Shown piece by piece: positions 59,335-64,000 of a stretch of 64,000 bases of DNA. This DNA comes from Candidatus Krumholzibacteriia bacterium (GTDB lineage: Bacteria; Krumholzibacteriota; Krumholzibacteriia; LZORAL124-64-63): positions 14,209 to 78,208 of the forward strand of contig JADGDU010000004.1 in the NCBI GenBank assembly GCA_016744705.1. Reading direction: 5' to 3'. The number at the start of each line of letters is the position of its first letter. Position 1 is the stretch's first letter. The position numbers were made by a program, and so were the translations under genes. The notes below the pieces were generated by a model. The model made no database searches. It was not told the origin of the DNA and saw only the letters and a list, made by a program, of their open reading frames with translations.

Positions 59335-60024
59335 TCAGGCTTCGCCAACCATAAGCATATAACCTTCGCCTCGAACTGTACGAATGAAAACGGGTTCATG
59401 GGGGTTGTCCCCCAATTTCTGGCGAATGCGGGCAATGCGCAAATCGATTGCCCTGTCGCGAACCTCATGGGCCAGTCCCCGCATTTGTTGGCAGATGGCG
59501 TCCCGGCTCACGGCATGACCGGCTTGCTGGGACAACATGTTCAGAAGATCGAACTCCGCATCGGTCAAAGAAATGCTGACTCCATTAACCCGTACAGAAC
59601 GCGAGCCAGACAGCAGTTGAAGGCGTGGAACCTGTGGGGTTGGGTTCTTTCCCTTCAACCGCTGAAAAGCCCGCACTTGCGCCACGGCCCGTCGGGCCTC
59701 CGCCGGTCGGGGGATCACAGCGTCGGCGCCAATTTCCAAGGCAATAGATTCTTCCCATTCGCCAAGCCCCTCGTGGACCAGGCACAGAGCACAATGGGGA
59801 AAAGCTGTTCGCACTCGCCCGCATAAGGCCAAACCCCGTGAACCGTTCTGGCCCAAGTTCAGGATAACCATGTCCGGGTGGTCTGGCGTAGATGTAAATA
59901 GATCAGGTTGCTCCGCCATTAACACCGTCACATCAAACCCTTCTAAGCGCAGGGCTTCTTGAAGCGTCTGGTCACCGGTGCCGGAATAATCGATCAAATG
60001 AACAACGAACGCGGAGTCCTGCAT
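59335..60024 (-). CDS. OmpR/RstA-family winged-helix response regulator with atypical receiver
   Basis: C-terminal LTDAEFDLL...DRAIDLRIARIRQKL...IRTVRGEGY; receiver has N56 at the phospho-Asp position. Confidence 0.88.
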   Translation of the reverse strand: MQDSAFVVHLIDYSGTGDQTLQEALRLEGFDVTVLMAEQPDLFTSTPDHPDMVILNLGQNGSRGLALCGRVRTAFPHCALCLVHEGLGEWEESIALEIGADAVIPRPAEARRAVAQVRAFQRLKGKNPTPQVPRLQLLSGSRSVRVNGVSISLTDAEFDLLNMLSQQAGHAVSRDAICQQMRGLAHEVRDRAIDLRIARIRQKLGDNPHEPVFIRTVRGEGYMLMVGEA

Positions 60025-60216
60025 GAGGCGATTCCTTTCTAAGAGTCGTGCCTAACTAAACGCAGGGAATCGCCAAAACTTTCGGTAATTTTCAATTATT
60101 CAGAATTTGAAAGCCAATCCTTCAAGATTAAACGAAAGGATTTCAGTATTGGGGAGTTTGGCTACTAAATATGTTAATAGTTCCCGTTGAACTGGTGAAA
60201 TCAATGGATCGACAGA

Positions 60217-61017
60217 ATGGAATCTGAAATGACGGACTTGAATCAAAAGAATAAATTGCCCATTCGAACTTCGTTTCGGCGTTATGAATGCAAGTACCTC
60301 ATTTCCGAAGAACTCGCGGCGGCAATTCCCACCTTTGCAGGTCCGTACATAGAACCGGACCCATACGCCGCCGCCAGTCCCGACCTGAGTTATGACATCA
60401 CCAGTCTCTACCTCGATTCCCCGGAGATGAAACTCTTCCAGGAAACCGAAGATGGCTTGTTGAACCGTATCAAATTGCGCATTCGGTCATACAATGAAAA
60501 GCCGGAATCCCCTGTGTTCCTGGAAATCAAAAGACGCTTCGACCGTCTCGTTCTCAAAGGGCGGGCGCGCATCGACAAAAAAACCATGGCCCTTATTTTG
60601 GCCGGAGGTTCTACGGGTCTCACTTCCCTCACAGGGGACCAAAGAGAGTCTTACGAAGAATTCATCGCTTGGGTGGCCCGTTGGTTGGCCGAGCCCATGG
60701 TCTGGGTAAAGTACCGCAGAGAAGCCTACGTTGGAGTCATCAATCCCGACGTAAGGGTCACCATGGACCGCAATCTCTGTTGCTTACCTGCCAAGGGAAT
60801 TTACGGTATCGGAAAAGCCGGTTCGTGGATACCGGTGGAACCCCGGAATGTTGTCCTTGAATTGAAATTTGATGACTCCTGTCCCGACTGGGTGGCCCGT
60901 ATAATTCAGCACTTCGAGTTGGACCGGACATCGTACTCGAAATATGGAAATTGCGTCAAAAAGGGGTTACTGGATCAGAGCCCACCCCTCTCTTTTTCCC
61001 AGGTCGTAAACTTATGA
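60217..61017 (+). CDS. VTC domain (CYTH-like polyphosphate polymerase) protein
   Basis: RYECKY, ITSLYLD, RIKLRIRSY, FLEIK, YRREAY, RVTMD, LELKF, SKY motifs. Confidence 0.92.
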   Translation: MESEMTDLNQKNKLPIRTSFRRYECKYLISEELAAAIPTFAGPYIEPDPYAAASPDLSYDITSLYLDSPEMKLFQETEDGLLNRIKLRIRSYNEKPESPVFLEIKRRFDRLVLKGRARIDKKTMALILAGGSTGLTSLTGDQRESYEEFIAWVARWLAEPMVWVKYRREAYVGVINPDVRVTMDRNLCCLPAKGIYGIGKAGSWIPVEPRNVVLELKFDDSCPDWVARIIQHFELDRTSYSKYGNCVKKGLLDQSPPLSFSQVVNL

Positions 61018-61697
61018 ACGAGCTCCTTAATCACAGAGCTGGCGGCGGCATACTGGGGATAGACTCCATTGTCCTCTGTTTGCTGGCCACATTCCTTCTG
61101 TCCCATGTTATCTCCTGGGTTTACCTCAGGACGCACCGGGGGGTATCCTACTCCGGAACCATGGCCCGCTCCCTGATCATTCTCTCCCTCATTGTTGCTT
61201 TGGTGATGCTGGTTATTGGCAACAACATTGCCCGCGCTTTTGGTCTTTTTGGTGCCCTGGCCCTGATCCGTTTTCGGACTCCCGTCAAGGACGCCAACGA
61301 TACCGTATTCCTTTTCTTCTCAGTGGCCGTTGGCATTGCCGCGGGAACTAATAACATCATGGTGGGCAGCATCGGCACCCTGATCATCTGCGCCATCATT
61401 CTCTACCTAACGGCCACCGGCTTTGGCAACCCTCTGAGCCATGATGGACTGCTGCGCTTCCAACTGCCTTCGAGCGGAGGCCCGGATCAAGATATCCGAA
61501 CTGTTCTCAAGCGATATTGTGATACGTTCAATTTGCTCCACATTCGGGAAGTCCAGGATGGTGCTTCTGTGGAAGTATCCTATCAGGTCAAGCTGGTGGA
61601 CCTCCAGGAATCGTCCCAACTTGCCGAGGAAATCGGGGCTTTTGCCCATGTCAGTAAACTCTCCCTTCTCATGCAGGACACCGAGGCGGCTCCCTGA
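61014..61697 (+). CDS. DUF4956 family membrane protein
   Basis: IGNNIARAFGLFGALALIRFRTPVKD; C-terminal ACT-like region; start ATG 61014 (ATGA overlap). Confidence 0.92.
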   Translation: MNELLNHRAGGGILGIDSIVLCLLATFLLSHVISWVYLRTHRGVSYSGTMARSLIILSLIVALVMLVIGNNIARAFGLFGALALIRFRTPVKDANDTVFLFFSVAVGIAAGTNNIMVGSIGTLIICAIILYLTATGFGNPLSHDGLLRFQLPSSGGPDQDIRTVLKRYCDTFNLLHIREVQDGASVEVSYQVKLVDLQESSQLAEEIGAFAHVSKLSLLMQDTEAAP

Positions 61698-62851
61698 TGG
61701 CACCAACGAAAACTATCCCAGCAAACTTGAATGACCTGCTTTCTCGACGCTTAAAAACCCGCCTCCGACGCCTGACGCCTCTCTTAGTATGGCTTGGCGT
61801 TTTAATTCTGGCCATACCCCTGTATCTCAGACAGGTGGAAGGTGGATCGGTCACCGGTTTTGCCAGAGAAGTCCGATATAATGTGGCGTCCGAGACTGCC
61901 GGCCGACTGAATCGCGTCGAGGTAAAACTCAACCAGGATGTATCCCAGGGGCAAATTGTGGCGACCCTGGGTGACGATGAAGCTTTGCTACAACTACGAG
62001 AAGCCCGTACCGAGCTGGACCAACTGTCTCACCAATTGGGCAGGGAAAAGGCCATATGGGAACTCAATGCCGCCGGCCAACAGGTGGACCAACAAACAAA
62101 TCTGCGGCGATTTGCCCGGGATGCTTCAGATGCCCACATCCAGTACCTCACAGCCCTGGCCAGTTTGACTGAGAACCGCATCCAACTGCAGGGGCTGGAA
62201 ATGGCCCTTGACCGAACTCGCCAACTGGAAGAGAAGGAGATGACCTCCGGCGCGGCCCTTGATGATGCGCGGGTTGCATATGAGGCATTGCAGAAAAGTA
62301 TTTCCGGCCAGGAAAACACCGTAGCCACCATGGTCAAGGCCCATCAGGAGGCTGATGCTAGGTACCGGGAATTTCTCGCTGGGTTCCTGTTGGAAGTACC
62401 CGATTCTGATCTCTTGCTCAAACCTCTTGCAAGTGGGTTGAAGATTCAGGAAATCAAAATTGAGATGGTGAGTCTGGCCATCAGCCGCTGCGTGCTCAGG
62501 GCCCCCGCCCATGGCCGGGTGGTGGCAATCCATCACGAAAATGGTGAGGTGGTGGCCGCTGGGCAGCCGGTGCTATCGATCCTGGCTCCACAATCCACAG
62601 GTATTGTGGCCTATCTCCCCGAAAATCAGATTCTGAATTTGAAACCGGGGACTGAGGTGCACTTGAGAAGAGTCGCCGACCCCCGCCATAAGATCATCAG
62701 CTCAGTGTCCAGCCTAGGAGCAAATGTGGAACAAATGCCTTTGCGCAATGATCCCCTGGCCTCTGTCCCTGGTTGGGGCCTTGCAGTCTATGTTCCCTTG
62801 CCGGAAACGCCGGACATCAAACCTGGCGAAGCATTCACAATATCATTTTAA
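61697..62851 (+). CDS. HlyD family membrane-fusion protein
   Basis: N-terminal TM, lipoyl half-motifs (VASETAGRL..V.V...Q.V..GQ; LRAPAHGRV), long coiled coil; TGATG overlap. Confidence 0.85.
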   Translation: MAPTKTIPANLNDLLSRRLKTRLRRLTPLLVWLGVLILAIPLYLRQVEGGSVTGFAREVRYNVASETAGRLNRVEVKLNQDVSQGQIVATLGDDEALLQLREARTELDQLSHQLGREKAIWELNAAGQQVDQQTNLRRFARDASDAHIQYLTALASLTENRIQLQGLEMALDRTRQLEEKEMTSGAALDDARVAYEALQKSISGQENTVATMVKAHQEADARYREFLAGFLLEVPDSDLLLKPLASGLKIQEIKIEMVSLAISRCVLRAPAHGRVVAIHHENGEVVAAGQPVLSILAPQSTGIVAYLPENQILNLKPGTEVHLRRVADPRHKIISSVSSLGANVEQMPLRNDPLASVPGWGLAVYVPLPETPDIKPGEAFTISF

Positions 62852-62869
62852 AATTCGGAAGGCACGTTC

Positions 62870-64000
62870 ATGAAGAAAGTACTACTTGTCGTTCTACTCC
62901 TTGTCACCGGAGCCATCACTTTGGTTCTCATGCAAGGCAAAAGTAGCCAGGAAACGGTCAACTACCGTCTGGTGACCGTGGAGCAGGGCGATGTGGAATC
63001 TCTTGTCTCAGCCACCGGCACCCTCGACGCTGTCACTACGGTTGAAGTGGGCACACAGGTATCCGGAATCGTCCATGAAATCTGCGTCGACTTTAACGAC
63101 CCCGTCAAAGAGGGTCAGGTCATCGCCCGTATCGATACTGCCTTGCTGGCCAACGCCGTGGCCGGAGCCGAAGCCCAATTGGCTCGCAGCCAGGCCGAGC
63201 TCAAACATGCGGAGCGGGAGTTTACCAGAACCCAGGCCCTTCATGAAGAGTACATGGTCTCAGACAGCGAATTTAACAGCGTCCAATACAACTTGGATTC
63301 CGCCCGGGCATCAGTGCAAGCAACCGAGGTTGATCTGACCCGTGCCCGACAGAACCTCAGCTACGCCACCATCACCTCTCCCATCGATGGCACCGTCATC
63401 AACCGAGCCGTGGATGTGGGCCAAACTGTCCAGGCCAGTTTTTCTTCCCCAGAATTATTCCTTATAGCCGGGGACCTGACCCGAATGCAGATCCTGGTCT
63501 CAGTTGACGAAAGCGATATTGGTCAGATCGCCGAAGGCCAAACCGCAAGATTTACAGTGCAAGCCTACCCCGACAACAGTTTTTCTGGCACCGTCCGCCA
63601 GTTGCGGTTGCAATCTGCCAGTGAAGAAAACGTGGTCAACTACACGGCGGTGGTTAACGTCAACAATCCCGAAGGAATTTTGCTGCCCGGTATGACCGCA
63701 ACAGTCGATTTCCTGGTGGAAACAGCAACAGATGTCCTGTACGTGGCCAACGCCTCTTTGAGGTATAAACCCGATCAGGAAACGATGTCCGCCGCGCTGG
63801 AACGGAAACGCTCCGAGAGGGCCGCGCTTCCAGGTGGAAGCGACAAGCCCCCTCACTCGCCCAGGGGCTCCCGTAAAGGCGCGGCGGATGCAAATCGCGG
63901 TATGCTTTGGACCCTCAACACCGAAGGGCAATTGGAGATGGTTCCCGTCCACCTGGGCATCAGCGACGGCACCAATACCGTGGTCATGGGCCGTGATCTG
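62870..64000 (+). CDS. MacA-like efflux periplasmic adaptor (partial; runs off the window end)
   Basis: Translated from ATG 62870: VSATGTLDAVTTVEVGTQVSG...DFND.VK.GQ...I.SPIDG.V....VDVGQTV.ASFSSP.LF...VDESDIG...LLPGMTA. Not in the ORF track because it has no stop in the window. Confidence 0.9.
   Translation, partial: MKKVLLVVLLLVTGAITLVLMQGKSSQETVNYRLVTVEQGDVESLVSATGTLDAVTTVEVGTQVSGIVHEICVDFNDPVKEGQVIARIDTALLANAVAGAEAQLARSQAELKHAEREFTRTQALHEEYMVSDSEFNSVQYNLDSARASVQATEVDLTRARQNLSYATITSPIDGTVINRAVDVGQTVQASFSSPELFLIAGDLTRMQILVSVDESDIGQIAEGQTARFTVQAYPDNSFSGTVRQLRLQSASEENVVNYTAVVNVNNPEGILLPGMTATVDFLVETATDVLYVANASLRYKPDQETMSAALERKRSERAALPGGSDKPPHSPRGSRKGAADANRGMLWTLNTEGQLEMVPVHLGISDGTNTVVMGRDL

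Noticed and set aside
1-64000. Integrases, transposases, prophage genes, rRNA/tRNA, CRISPR arrays
   Set aside because: None recognised in the ORF set or intergenic regions by eye; tRNAscan/Rfam/CRISPR-finder runs would be needed to exclude them formally.

Overview
Gene-dense 64 kb bacterial chromosomal window with about 46 CDS. I saw no rRNA, tRNA, CRISPR array or mobile element. Two proteins end in 'N[YH]PNPFNPST...K' FlgD-Ig/T9SS type-A-like sorting domains, which suggests an FCB-group organism such as a Krumholzibacteriota/Latescibacterota-like lineage (inference). The left part (1-24 kb, all minus strand) is mostly housekeeping and envelope genes: nhaA, tatD, rsmA, an outer-membrane barrel, two paralogous lipoproteins, a divergent polysaccharide deacetylase, DUF362, secDF, a 1590-aa histidine kinase, DUF4159, a DUF4175-like protein and a TPR protein. 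The right part is accessory. The most notable items are: (1) a tetraheme c-type cytochrome fused to a Ca-binding motif and a T9SS-like sorting domain; (2) a coupled ECF sigma / membrane anti-sigma / periplasmic TPR-CHAT protease operon facing a sorting-domain cargo gene; (3) a 1029-aa exported protein with a beta-barrel-like N-terminus and a split-motif phospholipase D; (4) a VTC-DUF4956-HlyD-MacA-like operon divergent from a pseudo-receiver OmpR-type regulator and an EF-hand protein; (5) a DUF2239 gene whose consensus sigma70 promoter is overlaid by twin palindromic operators; (6) an EB_dh-like periplasmic protein plus hybrid kinase behind a sigma28-type promoter. All family assignments come from motif recognition by eye; no database searches were run.
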